Part shown: piece by piece, positions 29,371 to 39,299 of the stretch
How positions within the stretch are numbered: the stretch's first letter is position 1
Layout: the number at the start of each line of letters is the position of its first letter
Source of the DNA: an uncultured Desulfarculus sp.
GTDB lineage: Bacteria > Desulfobacterota > Desulfarculia > Desulfarculales > Desulfarculaceae
Reading direction: 5' to 3'
NCBI GenBank assembly: GCA_963665125.2
Contig: CAXXUK010000001.1
Coordinates: 1,504,001-1,568,000 of the forward strand
DNA length: 64,000 nucleotides
The notes under the pieces: model-generated
What the model was told of the DNA's origin: nothing
Seen by the model: the letters and a program-made list of their open reading frames with translations, nothing else
The model's database searches: none
Made by a program: the position numbers and the translations under genes

Positions 29371-30215
29371 ATGCTCAACAAGAAAAGCGCGAGACTGATT
29401 TTGGTGATCATGATGGTTGTGGCCGTTTGTGGGGCCGCGTCAATTGCCCAGGCCGGAGAATTCTGCAACCAGTTCACCATGCTGGGGCAAGGCGAGTTAG
29501 CGGTGGGAGCCGAAGCCGGCTGGACCAATGAACTGCAACAAAGAGGCTCCTATATCGCGGTGACCCAGTCATATCAAGGAAGGACCTTCAAGGGTAACGC
29601 CCAGGCCAAGGATATGAAAATCACCGATGACATGGCCTGTATGGCCACGCTGACTTTCGGTGTTTTTGATCAGCTTAATATTTACGCCAAGTTTGGCATG
29701 GTCGATGGAGGCAAACTAGAGATAACCGCATTGAGTTACCTGGGCCAGTTCATCCTGGAGGCCGATTTGCACGGCGCCTTCGCCTGGGTGTTGGGGGCAA
29801 AAGCGAGAATTTTTGAAACCGATGGCGGCCTTGGCATGCTGTTCAGCGCCCAATATTCCCGCTACGACGACCGCGAAATAGACTCCTGGAAGGCCGACAT
29901 AGGGCCCTCGGACGCCTCAGGTACAGATGATACGCTCACGTTTTGGCAAATAAACACATCAGCCGCCATCTATCAAAAGCTGGGAGAGTTCACGCCATAT
30001 CTCGGCACCCTGTACAGCTCGAAACCGAATGGGACGGAAACTGGACCTACCCCAACGGCGTAGGTGAGCACCTGGAAATGACCAATGATAACGAGCATAA
30101 AGCCGGCGCATTGGCGGGGCTCAACTGGGACGCCAGTGAGCATTTCACGGTAAATCTGCAAGGCGTTTTCATCACCAGCACCCTGGTGTCGCTGGGCCTG
30201 AGTTACGCCTTTTAA
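29371..30215 (+). pseudogene. Outer-membrane beta-barrel protein split by a frameshift
   Basis: Signal peptide and alternating beta pattern up to FTPYLGTLYS, continuing in another frame as LETEWDG...SLGLSYAF with a terminal Phe; break near 30016-30021. Confidence 0.75.
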
Positions 30216-30242
30216 GCCAACATATAACTTAAAGCGATCTTG

Positions 30243-30276
30243 CCGCGGCGCTACGTAGCGCCGCGGCCTTTCTTTG
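30243..30276 (+). terminator. Rho-independent terminator
   Basis: GCCGCGGCGCTA-CG-TAGCGCCGCGGC followed by CTTTCTTT. Confidence 0.8.
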
Positions 30277-30470
30277 ATCCGGCATCGGCAAAGGCCATTC
30301 AGTCGCGGCCATAATCAACAGTTTTTTTATTACTAAATAATGTTTGAATATTCTTATTCAGTTGATAAGATCATGGCAACTATACCGCTGACGGTTGATT
30401 TGATCACTTCGGCAGTGCGGCTGTTGTAATAGACCATGCGGCAACGCATCCATACTCCGGGAGACAACCC

Positions 30471-31121
30471 ATGGGAATTTTGTCCTATCCGATGCGCAAA
30501 CTCTTGGAACAATGCTCACACCCTTCCGGCTTTTTTGGACGGCTGCTGGCCAGGGGCATGAACCAGGGCCACGGCCCCCTAACCATGTGGGGTCTGGAGA
30601 AGCTAAGCATTGCCCAAGATGCGGTCATCATAGATATCGGCTGCGGCGGCGGCGGCACGGTGAACCGGTTGGCCCGTCTGGCCAGTAGCGGCAAAGTGGT
30701 TGGCGTTGACCTGTCGCCGGACTCCGTGAATATCGCCCAAAAAACCAACCGTGAGCTTATCGGTCAAGGCCGAGCGGAAATACAAGAGGCCTCCGTTGGC
30801 AAGCTTCCTTTTGCCGACCAGACCTTTGACCTGGCCACGGCCATTGAAACCCACTTTTTCTGGCCCGATCTGCCCGCCAATTTCAGGGAAGTCCTGCGTG
30901 TGTTAAAACCCGGCGGCCAATTCATGGTCTTGGCCGCGATCTATAAGGGCAGCCCCCAGGCAAAGCGCGACAGCATAGTGCTCAAGACCGGGAATATGGC
31001 CTATCTGGGCAAGGAAGACTTTGAGGAATTGTTCAGCGGGTCTGGTTTTGAGGGCATAGAGGTCTACTGCGACCCCAAACGCGGCAACATCTGCGCAATA
31101 GCCCGCCGGCCGCCGGCCTGA
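30471..31121 (+). CDS. Class I SAM-dependent methyltransferase
   Basis: IDIGCGGG, GVDLS, LPFADQTFD, RVLKPGG. Confidence 0.9.
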   Translation: MGILSYPMRKLLEQCSHPSGFFGRLLARGMNQGHGPLTMWGLEKLSIAQDAVIIDIGCGGGGTVNRLARLASSGKVVGVDLSPDSVNIAQKTNRELIGQGRAEIQEASVGKLPFADQTFDLATAIETHFFWPDLPANFREVLRVLKPGGQFMVLAAIYKGSPQAKRDSIVLKTGNMAYLGKEDFEELFSGSGFEGIEVYCDPKRGNICAIARRPPA

Positions 31122-31231
31122 CCCCCATCATAGTTCGGCTATTACCCCTTGCCTTTGGAGGACGGTTTACTTCATTATTGGCATAGCTAATTCTGAACAG
31201 CGTTAATAGACGCCAGCCAAAAGGAGACGCT

Positions 31232-31858
31232 ATGCTGCATAACCCCCAGGCCACCGAGCAGGCCCTGGCCATTCTCAGAAACGGCGAGTTGTTCCAATGG
31301 TACGTAATTCCGATCCTGGCCTGCGTGGTCTACATCTATTTTAACGAAGCATCCAAAAAGAACTGGAAAGGCATTGCCGCCGGTTTGTCGCTGTACATGG
31401 TCCATTGGCTGTTTGAGATAGCCAACGCCCTGATCCAGCACTATAGCGGCCACGCCTTGTGGACCGTGCCCACGGGCACTGCCTTCCTGCTGCTGATCGG
31501 CGTGGGCGTGGAGCTTAGCCTGATGTTTTCGGTGGCCGGTTTGATTTTCAGCAAGCTCCTGCCCGAGGACCCCAAGGCCAAGATTTTGGGCCTGAACAAC
31601 AGGCTGGTCTTCGCCATCGGCAATGCCGCGTTTTTCTCCATTTTCGAGATTTTCCTGGCCAAGACTCCGGCATTTGTCTGGGTCTATCCCTGGTGGGGTT
31701 CATTCACGGTGTTCATCTTTGTCTATATTCCGTTCTTCGTGGTGTCGATGTATTGCTACGACTGGAAGCCCCGCAACCAGGTCAAGGTCATCGGGTCATT
31801 GGCCGCCGTCAACGCGGCCTTGCTGGTAATTTTCGCCGGCATCTTGAAGTACATCTAA
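31232..31858 (+). CDS. Hypothetical integral membrane protein
   Basis: AAGGAG RBS; ~6 TM helices. Confidence 0.8.
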   Translation: MLHNPQATEQALAILRNGELFQWYVIPILACVVYIYFNEASKKNWKGIAAGLSLYMVHWLFEIANALIQHYSGHALWTVPTGTAFLLLIGVGVELSLMFSVAGLIFSKLLPEDPKAKILGLNNRLVFAIGNAAFFSIFEIFLAKTPAFVWVYPWWGSFTVFIFVYIPFFVVSMYCYDWKPRNQVKVIGSLAAVNAALLVIFAGILKYI

Positions 31859-32045
31859 ACCAATTGCCGTGTCGGAGCCCCGGGGCTCCGACACGCACCC
31901 CGAAGGCCCTGAACTAACCGGCCTACCGCCCTTATCCAAACGTCAGGCACTTAACACAACCCGTCAGGCCAACCGGCAGGCAGGCGATAGCAATCCGCCA
32001 ACAGATTTCATCCGTCCCCCTTTTGCAACGATCAATTGCCCCGGC

Positions 32046-32082
32046 GTCACACTTGTAACAGAAAAGTCACATGTCCATCACC
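32046..32082 (+). promoter_or_regulatory. Pho-box-like direct repeats upstream of the GAK operon
   Basis: GTAACA (32055), GTCACA (32066) and ATCACC (32077) at an 11-bp period, plus an extra GTCACA at 32046. Confidence 0.55.
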
Positions 32083-32148
32083 CGATCCGCTTCAATGACG
32101 GCTATATTTTGATTCTAAAATTAGCCAAGGATATTGGGATAAAAGACA

Positions 32149-33342
32149 ATGGGTGATTCCGGAAAAAACAACAAAATAGCCCTGAAGCTAAAAAAAGACC
32201 AAATACCCCCACCGCCGGATTTTGATCTGCAACGGGCGGTGGATGAAATAGAGCCTTGGGATCAGGAAACCTACGATGCGATCATCGCCACGGATTTGAC
32301 CGCCAGGCAAATTGAAAGCGTGGTAAACCCGACTGAATCCTACCCCAAACAAAAGGCCGTGTTGGCGGTTCATTGGCACCCCGAGTGGATTCCCTTTGAC
32401 CTGATCACCCGCCGAATCCAAACCATGTACCCAAACAGCGAGCGGGAGCTGATCATCCCCACCCAGCACAACAAGCTGCTTACATACGGCGAATATGCCG
32501 GCGTGGAGGTTGACTGCTATTCTTCGGGCTTCAATCGCAAGGTCCAGCTTCTGCTGCACTTCAAGGCCGACAAGGTCAAAAACGCCCACATCCTGCGGTC
32601 CATGCTGGAGCATACGGCCAGCTACCGTTCATCCCAGCTCTTCGAATTCATCAACAACATCATCAACCCCGACCAGCAGCACCGGCTGGAAGAAGCCGTG
32701 GCCGACACCGGGGCCAATGAGGAGTTGGTGGAGTTGGTGCGCTTCTACACGGCGCGGTTGAACGCCCTGCTGGATAAAAACGAAAACCGCACGCCGCCGT
32801 TCATGATCAAGAACAAACTGCTGACCGAGTACATTGACGCCCAGCGCAAACGCCACCCGGACATCACCATAAACCGGGCCCTGTTGCTGATCAAGGCGGT
32901 CAAGGCCATCACCAAGCTGCACTTTTCGTTCGATTATTTCTTCCGGGCCTCCGAGGTCATCGAAGAGGCGCGTTCGCTGGGCGGCGGCATCGTCATACCC
33001 CACCCCGAACAGTTTTGGCCCATACTCCTGGCCGACTACGACGTTGACGGCTGGGAGGTCTGGAATCCGCAATCCCGGGAATACACCGAGTTTTTGGTCA
33101 GGGCCCTCAACACGCACAACAAACAGTATTCAACGGCCAAGCGTTCGCTGCTGGTCTTCATGGGCGACGACACCCACATGTCGGTCAAGATCAAGGACCC
33201 GGCCACCCTGGAAAAATCAAAACTCGAGCGGGAAATCGGGTTGCAACCTGTTTGGGACGAAATCGGCATGCGCAAGACGCTCAGCCTGGCGGGCGCCAGC
33301 CGTGAATCGGCCATCGAACAATACAAACAGCGCCTGGGTTAA
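32149..33342 (+). CDS. PHP-like metal-dependent phosphoesterase, first gene of the GAK operon
   Basis: HWHPE, IPHPEQFW, DGWEVWNP and MGDDTH resemble PHP-domain metal motifs. Confidence 0.65.
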   Translation: MGDSGKNNKIALKLKKDQIPPPPDFDLQRAVDEIEPWDQETYDAIIATDLTARQIESVVNPTESYPKQKAVLAVHWHPEWIPFDLITRRIQTMYPNSERELIIPTQHNKLLTYGEYAGVEVDCYSSGFNRKVQLLLHFKADKVKNAHILRSMLEHTASYRSSQLFEFINNIINPDQQHRLEEAVADTGANEELVELVRFYTARLNALLDKNENRTPPFMIKNKLLTEYIDAQRKRHPDITINRALLLIKAVKAITKLHFSFDYFFRASEVIEEARSLGGGIVIPHPEQFWPILLADYDVDGWEVWNPQSREYTEFLVRALNTHNKQYSTAKRSLLVFMGDDTHMSVKIKDPATLEKSKLEREIGLQPVWDEIGMRKTLSLAGASRESAIEQYKQRLG

Positions 33343-33362
33343 CGCAAGGAGGCAGCCAAGCA

Positions 33363-33647
33363 ATGTCCAGTGGCCAAAGATTCAAGCACGAATCAATCCA
33401 AGAGTCGGCAGCCGTTATCAAGTACCTCAAGGCGCTTTGTGACGGTTTCGAAAGCGAGGCCCTCACCTTCAGCTCCGAGGATCAGTGTCTGGTACTCAGG
33501 CCCAAGGGCATGATCAACCTTGAAGTGGACGCTAAAAGCAAAGACGGCGAGATGAAGCTCACGGTCAAATTACGTTGGCGGGACAAGGAAAAGGACCTGG
33601 ACCTCAGAACCAACGGATTGACCATCCAGCCCGCGGAAAACGCCTGA
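33363..33647 (+). CDS. Amphi-Trp domain protein
   Basis: FKHESIQ...YLKALCDGF...KLTVKLRW, with the characteristic terminal beta-strand Trp. Confidence 0.85.
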   Translation: MSSGQRFKHESIQESAAVIKYLKALCDGFESEALTFSSEDQCLVLRPKGMINLEVDAKSKDGEMKLTVKLRWRDKEKDLDLRTNGLTIQPAENA

Positions 33648-33662
33648 AAGCGCTGACGGCAT

Positions 33663-35306
33663 ATGCTTCTGCCTGAAAGTATTACTGAAAATTTTCGCAT
33701 CATGGTCACCGAAACCATCGCCCAGGTGGACCAGGCAAACCATTTTTTTAGCGACCCCGAGCCAAAGCTCATGAGTAAGCTCAGCGCCAGGGACGATTAC
33801 ATCGACACCCTAAAAACGCTCATCGAAGACCAGTGCCACGAAATGCTCATGAAAGCCGAGTCGTTGGGAAAAATGCAGGCCAATTACCTGCGTTCGATGA
33901 TCACCATAAGCGCCAACCTGGAGCGCATCGCCGATTTTGCCGTGAACATCCTGCGGCAAACCACCCACATGAGCGACCCTACCTTTGCCTCCGACTATGA
34001 TCTTGCCGCGTTTTTTCACATATCCATGCTCAGCCTGGAGTCGGTTGAAGATGCCTTGAGCAGGCGGGATCTTTCCAAGGCCGTGAGCATCTGTCAGGCC
34101 GAACACAATATCGACAAGCTCTACGAAAACCGCTTCGCCCGTATTCTGCGCGAGCTGAAGTCGGGCGGTCCGGCCCAGGACTTGGTCACCACCCTGTTCA
34201 TTTGCCATTACCTAGAGCGCATGGGCGACTCGCTGCAAAACATCGGCGAGGCCATCATCTTCGCCCTGGTCGGCGAAAAGATGAAGATCCACCAATACGA
34301 GGCCCTCAGCGAAGGCCTCGAGGCAACAGGCCGCCAAAGTTCGCTGCAAAAAGTGGAGCTCAACTCCATTTGGGGCACCCGTTCGGGCTGCCGCATCGGC
34401 ACGGCCAAAGACCGGGGGGGGCCCGAGGGCTCATCTCCGGTGCTGTTCAAGCAGGGCAACCCGCGCAAGTTGTGGCAGGAGCGGGAAAAACTGCAAACCT
34501 GGGACCGGCTGTTTCCCGGCCTGCCGCCCAAGGTATGGGGCTTTCAGCAGGTCGATGAGGACAACGCCTCTTTGATGGTGGAGTTTCTTCAAGGCATCAA
34601 CTTGCAGGAACTGATCCTCACTACGGAACGCTCATTTTTCATGGTGGCCCTGGAGGCCCTGCAGGAGGTAATTACCCGCATCTGGTCGTCAACGCGCCAG
34701 GATCAGGAGAACAACGCCGGTTTCATCGAGCAGATAGAAAGCCGCCGCTATTCGGTCTTCCGCCTGCACCCGTCGTTCAACGGCCACACCGGCGCCATCG
34801 GCGAACTGGCCCTGCCAACTTTCGGCCAGTTGGTCAAGTGGCTCCGGCCCGAGGAAAAACAACTGAACGCACCATTTTCGGTGATGATTCACGGCGACTT
34901 CAACCTCAACAACGTTATTTATGACCCGGCCGGGAAAACCATCCACTTCATCGACCTGCACCGCTCCAAGATGTCCGACTATGCCCAGGACATCTCGGTT
35001 TTCCTGGTGTCGGGATTCCGGCTGCCCATCTTTGCCAGCGACCTGCGCGGCCGCCTGAATAGGGTGGCCAAGGCGATGTATGGTTTCGCCATGAAGCAGG
35101 CAGGGGAAATGGGCGACGAAACATTCCAGGCGCGTTTGGCTCTGGGCCTGAGCAGGTCTTTCTTCTCCAGTACCCGCTTTGAATACAACCGCAAGTTCGC
35201 CAAGGAAATGTTCCTGCGGTCCAAGTATCTGCTGGAAATGCTCAACGCTCACAGGCCAAAGCCTTGGCAGAGCTTCCAACTGCCCGAAGATATTCTCTAT
35301 TACTAG
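33663..35306 (+). CDS. PhoU domain / aminoglycoside-phosphotransferase-like kinase fusion
   Basis: Two PhoU repeats (DDYID, LERIADFAVNI; LERMGD..NIGE) plus kinase motifs HGDFNLNN and IDLHRS. Confidence 0.85.
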   Translation: MLLPESITENFRIMVTETIAQVDQANHFFSDPEPKLMSKLSARDDYIDTLKTLIEDQCHEMLMKAESLGKMQANYLRSMITISANLERIADFAVNILRQTTHMSDPTFASDYDLAAFFHISMLSLESVEDALSRRDLSKAVSICQAEHNIDKLYENRFARILRELKSGGPAQDLVTTLFICHYLERMGDSLQNIGEAIIFALVGEKMKIHQYEALSEGLEATGRQSSLQKVELNSIWGTRSGCRIGTAKDRGGPEGSSPVLFKQGNPRKLWQEREKLQTWDRLFPGLPPKVWGFQQVDEDNASLMVEFLQGINLQELILTTERSFFMVALEALQEVITRIWSSTRQDQENNAGFIEQIESRRYSVFRLHPSFNGHTGAIGELALPTFGQLVKWLRPEEKQLNAPFSVMIHGDFNLNNVIYDPAGKTIHFIDLHRSKMSDYAQDISVFLVSGFRLPIFASDLRGRLNRVAKAMYGFAMKQAGEMGDETFQARLALGLSRSFFSSTRFEYNRKFAKEMFLRSKYLLEMLNAHRPKPWQSFQLPEDILYY

Positions 35307-35327
35307 TACACGCGAGGGTTCGTTAGC

Positions 35328-36206
35328 ATGGAAATAGGCGTTGTAGGCATCACCGAAGGCTGGTCCACGGAAAAGCTGGCCGATGCCGTGGAAAAAAAGA
35401 CAGGCTTCCGTTGCGTTATCGATTTGGCCGAGATATCGGTGGACATGGCCCGCAACAAGGCCTTTTTCAAGGGCCGGGCAATCTCTGACTTCGATGGCCT
35501 GATCATTAAAAAGGTCGGCCCGGCCTATTCGCCGGACCTGCTTGACCGGCTTGAGCTATTGCGCTGCATCGAATCCATGGGCGTGCGCATTTTTTCGGAG
35601 CCGGAACGCATTCACCGGGTCTTGAACCGTCTCAGTTGCACAACCGGCCTGTTCAAAGCCGGAATCCCCTTGCCGCCAACCGTGGTAACCGAAGATGTCG
35701 GCGAAGCGGTCGAAGCCGTACGCAATTTCGGGCCCTGCGTACTCAAGCCCCTGTATACGTCAAAGGCCAGGGGTATGACCATAGTCCAGCCGGGCAACGG
35801 CCTGCGCGAGGACGTGGCCAATTTCAAGGCCTCGGGCAACCAGATGATCTATTTACAAAAGGTTGTTGAGCTTCCCGGCCAGGATCTTGGCGTGGTCTTT
35901 TTGGGCGGCCAATACCTGACCACCTACGCCAGGGTCGGCAAAAAGGGCTCATGGAACACCACCACCAACTCCGGCGGCAAATACCAACACTACGAGCCAT
36001 CCGAGGAAGTAAAGGCCATTGCCCAAAAGGCCCAGGCCATTTTCGGCCTGGATTTCACCTGCGTTGACGTGGCCGAAACGCCAGACGGCCCGGTTGTGTT
36101 CGAGGTCTCGGCCTTTGGCGGATTCAGGGGACTGTTGGAGGGCTGCGGCATGGATGCCGCCGCCTTGTACACCGACCATGTCTACAAGGAGATCAGCGGT
36201 GAATAG
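35328..36206 (+). CDS. GAK system ATP-grasp enzyme (RimK-like)
   Basis: WSTEKLAD, VLKPLYTSKARGM, WNTT..GGKY, DFTCVDV, FEVSAFGGF. Confidence 0.88.
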   Translation: MEIGVVGITEGWSTEKLADAVEKKTGFRCVIDLAEISVDMARNKAFFKGRAISDFDGLIIKKVGPAYSPDLLDRLELLRCIESMGVRIFSEPERIHRVLNRLSCTTGLFKAGIPLPPTVVTEDVGEAVEAVRNFGPCVLKPLYTSKARGMTIVQPGNGLREDVANFKASGNQMIYLQKVVELPGQDLGVVFLGGQYLTTYARVGKKGSWNTTTNSGGKYQHYEPSEEVKAIAQKAQAIFGLDFTCVDVAETPDGPVVFEVSAFGGFRGLLEGCGMDAAALYTDHVYKEISGE

Positions 36207-37275
36207 CCCGCGATATGTTGACGAGGTGATCCCGCCCACGGCCAAGGATGCCCCAATGGTCGGTGCCATGGTCCTGGGTTTCGGGGAATGCGCGATCAAG
36301 GTCCAGTCCAACCACGAGCCCCTGCTGGCCGAGCTTTCGCAATACTTTGACCAATTCGTGGTCAACAGCGACACCCCGGCCCAGATGACCGTCACGACCA
36401 TTGAGCAGGAACCGCCGGTTATTGACCTGGATCTGATGGTCAAGCAGCCCGACCCCGGCAAGACCAAGATCAAGGAAGAATTTTACGATCTGGCAGACGG
36501 CCGCCTGGTCCGCAAACGGCTCACGGGGTTGATCTTTCTGTTCGGCAAGGATACGCACCTGGCCATCGGCCCCTGCCTGAAAAACAGCAACCAGGTCATC
36601 AACTTCATCAACAACCGCCTGATCCAATGGGAGCTTGACCGGGGCTGTCTGCTGGCCCACGCGGCCGCTGTGACCAGCGGCGGCAAGGGCATGGCCTTGG
36701 CCGGTTTCTCGGGCATGGGCAAATCCACCCTGGCCCTACACATGATGAGTCTTGGCGCTGACTTTGTAAGCAACGACCGCCTGTTGGTAAAAAACAGCGG
36801 CCCTGGCGCCTGGATGACGGGAGTGGCCAAGCTGCCGCGCATCAACCCCGGCACGGCCCTGAACAACCCCGACCTTGCCACGGTCATGCCCGAAAAAGAC
36901 CGCATTCGCTTTGCCGGTCTGCCGCCCGAGGAGCTTTGGCCCCTGGAGCACAAATACGATGTGGATATCGAGGCCTGCTTTGGTCCGGGACGCTTCACCC
37001 TGGACCATGCCTTCGACGCCCTGGGCCTGCTCAACTGGCAACGCGACGGCGGCCCGCTACAGGTCCGGGAAATCGATATATCCAGACGGCTGGATCTGCT
37101 GGAGGCCTTCAAGAAGTCGCCGGGCCTTTTCTTCATCGAGGATGGCCAGGCCAGAGACTACTCGGATGAGGCATATATCAAGGTAATGAAAAACGTCGTT
37201 GTGTACGAACTCAGCGGCGGCGCTGACTTTATCCAGGCGGCCGGCATCTGCCTGGACAAGTTGCGGAGCCTCTAG
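36199..37275 (+). CDS. HprK-related kinase B
   Basis: HAAAV..AGFSGMGKST P-loop, SNDR, PRINPGT, KTKIKEE; GTG start overlaps the ATP-grasp end. Confidence 0.85.
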   Translation: MNSPRYVDEVIPPTAKDAPMVGAMVLGFGECAIKVQSNHEPLLAELSQYFDQFVVNSDTPAQMTVTTIEQEPPVIDLDLMVKQPDPGKTKIKEEFYDLADGRLVRKRLTGLIFLFGKDTHLAIGPCLKNSNQVINFINNRLIQWELDRGCLLAHAAAVTSGGKGMALAGFSGMGKSTLALHMMSLGADFVSNDRLLVKNSGPGAWMTGVAKLPRINPGTALNNPDLATVMPEKDRIRFAGLPPEELWPLEHKYDVDIEACFGPGRFTLDHAFDALGLLNWQRDGGPLQVREIDISRRLDLLEAFKKSPGLFFIEDGQARDYSDEAYIKVMKNVVVYELSGGADFIQAAGICLDKLRSL

Positions 37276-37281
37276 CGCCAG

Positions 37282-38478
37282 ATGACCGACCATCTGACCA
37301 TAACCCGCACGGTCCGGCTGCCCGACAAAGTCAGGCTGGCCCGCTTTGCCCGCACCCCGGAACTGGGCCCCAGGGTGCTATTTTTCAGCGGTGGCAGCGC
37401 GCTCAACCCCCTAAGCCGCCGTTTGATCAACTATACCCACAACTCCATTCATTTGATCACGCCGTTTGACTCGGGCGGTTCCTCGGCCGTTCTGCGCAAG
37501 GCATTCGGCATGCCCGCTGTGGGAGACCTGCGCAACCGGATGATGGCCTTGGCCGATCAAACCGTGCAGGGCAACCCCAGCATTTACGCCCTGTTCGCCT
37601 TTCGACTGCCCAAGGACCAATCCCAAGGGGAGCTTTCGGCCAGGCTGGACAGCATGATCCTGGGCCGTGACGAGCTCGTGGCGGCCGTGCCAGACCCAAT
37701 GCGTAAAATAATCCGCAATCACCTCGGCTATTTCCGCAACGAAATGCCCCAAGACTTCGACCTGCGGGGGGCCAGCGTGGGGAACCTTGTCCTGGTGGGC
37801 GGCTATCTGAACAACAACCGTCACATCGACCCGGTGCTTTTCCTGTTTTCCAAGCTGGTAGAGGTCCGGGGCACCGTTCGTCCCATCGTCAACAAGGACT
37901 GCCACCTGGCGGTGAACCTGGCCGACGGCTCAAAGGTCATCGGCCAGCACCTGCTGACCGGCAAGGAAGTCAAACCAATCACTTCAGCGGTACAAAGCCT
38001 TTACCTGGTAAACGGTTTGGACGATCACACCCCGGCCGAGGTGGTGATCAGGGATAAGATACGCGGCCTTATCTCCGAGGCCGAGTTGATCTGCTATCCC
38101 ATGGGCAGCTTTTATTCGAGTCTGATGGCAAACCTGCTGCCCGGCGGCGTGGCGGACGCCGTGGCGAAAAAAGGCTGCCCCAAAGTGTTCATACCCAGCA
38201 CCGGCCGGGACCCTGAATTGGTGGGCACCCCGGTGCATGAAACGGTTCACAGGCTCATAACCCAACTGCAAGCCAATGCGGACAAGGCCATACCGGTTGA
38301 CCGGTTCCTTAATTTCGTCCTGGTTGACTCGGAACACGGCGACTATCCGGGCGGGTTGGATAAAAGGGCCATTGAGGAATTGGGTGTTGTGATAATTGAC
38401 ACGGATTTGGCCCAAAAGGACAAAGCAACGCGTTTGGACCCGGACAAGCTGCTGGGCGCGTTGCTGTCGCTTGTATGA
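37282..38478 (+). CDS. GAK system CofD/YvcK-like protein
   Basis: FFSGGSAL, TPFDSGGSS..LR, GDLRNR, PMGSFYSS. Confidence 0.88.
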   Translation: MTDHLTITRTVRLPDKVRLARFARTPELGPRVLFFSGGSALNPLSRRLINYTHNSIHLITPFDSGGSSAVLRKAFGMPAVGDLRNRMMALADQTVQGNPSIYALFAFRLPKDQSQGELSARLDSMILGRDELVAAVPDPMRKIIRNHLGYFRNEMPQDFDLRGASVGNLVLVGGYLNNNRHIDPVLFLFSKLVEVRGTVRPIVNKDCHLAVNLADGSKVIGQHLLTGKEVKPITSAVQSLYLVNGLDDHTPAEVVIRDKIRGLISEAELICYPMGSFYSSLMANLLPGGVADAVAKKGCPKVFIPSTGRDPELVGTPVHETVHRLITQLQANADKAIPVDRFLNFVLVDSEHGDYPGGLDKRAIEELGVVIIDTDLAQKDKATRLDPDKLLGALLSLV

Positions 38479-38535
38479 GGCATTTACGAATAAACCTACG
38501 GCAATCAAAACATTCTAAAAGTAACATGGTGAAAA

Positions 38536-39147
38536 ATGGATGCTAACAAACAAACCAAAAGGATGCTCTCGGCCCACGAAGCGGCCGCCTATCTGCGGCA
38601 ACTGGCCGGCCAGCTCGAAAACGGCTCGGTATTTTTCGACGAGGCCGACATGGATGTCAGCGGCGTGGTCAGCCTCAAGGAGAGCCTCAAATCCAAGTCG
38701 GACAAAAATACTCTAAAGGTCAAGCTGAAGATCTACGGTTTGGGCGCTCATCCCGGAGACGATGAAGACATCACCATTGAAACCGAGTCCGAGGATGAAG
38801 ACGATTCGGAGGCCGACCAGGAAACGGTATCTGCGGAAGACGACCTGGCGGATGCTGAGCGGCCCTCCTACAAAAAGCTGAAAAAAAGGCTGCAAAAGGC
38901 TTACAAGGCCATCAACGAACAGATCGGCCAAGAAGAAATCGCCGACCTTGCCATTATCCAGGCCTTTTACAATGACTGCCTGCTGATGACTTCCTACAGC
39001 GGCAAGGGCGATGTCTACTACCCCCAGTTCATAGCTGTGGCCGAGCGTGTTCTCTCAAGCGCAGAAGCGGGAAATCTCGCGTCCTTCAAGACGTCCATGG
39101 CGGACATGAAAAAAATGAAAGCGGAATGTCACGACCGCTATAAATAG
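38536..39147 (+). CDS. Amphi-Trp-like + XXXCH domain protein
   Basis: N-terminal EAAAYLRQLA..LENG...KVKLK, acidic linker, SYKKLKKRL and C-terminal KAECHDRYK. Confidence 0.82.
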   Translation: MDANKQTKRMLSAHEAAAYLRQLAGQLENGSVFFDEADMDVSGVVSLKESLKSKSDKNTLKVKLKIYGLGAHPGDDEDITIETESEDEDDSEADQETVSAEDDLADAERPSYKKLKKRLQKAYKAINEQIGQEEIADLAIIQAFYNDCLLMTSYSGKGDVYYPQFIAVAERVLSSAEAGNLASFKTSMADMKKMKAECHDRYK

Positions 39148-39299
39148 TGTAATCAGCAAGATAGGCGGTCATTTGAACAGATATCTGCGCCGTGCCTGGC
39201 GTGTGTTATTTTCCGAACGACCGCTCTTATTACCTTGACCAACAGGTTTATCCAGCGGATACTACGTCATGGTTTTTTCCTCGTATCGTGGTTGACCGC

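Noticed and set aside
31178..31195. TGGCAT as a sigma54 promoter for the membrane-protein gene
   Set aside because: No GC or TTGC at the -12 position.
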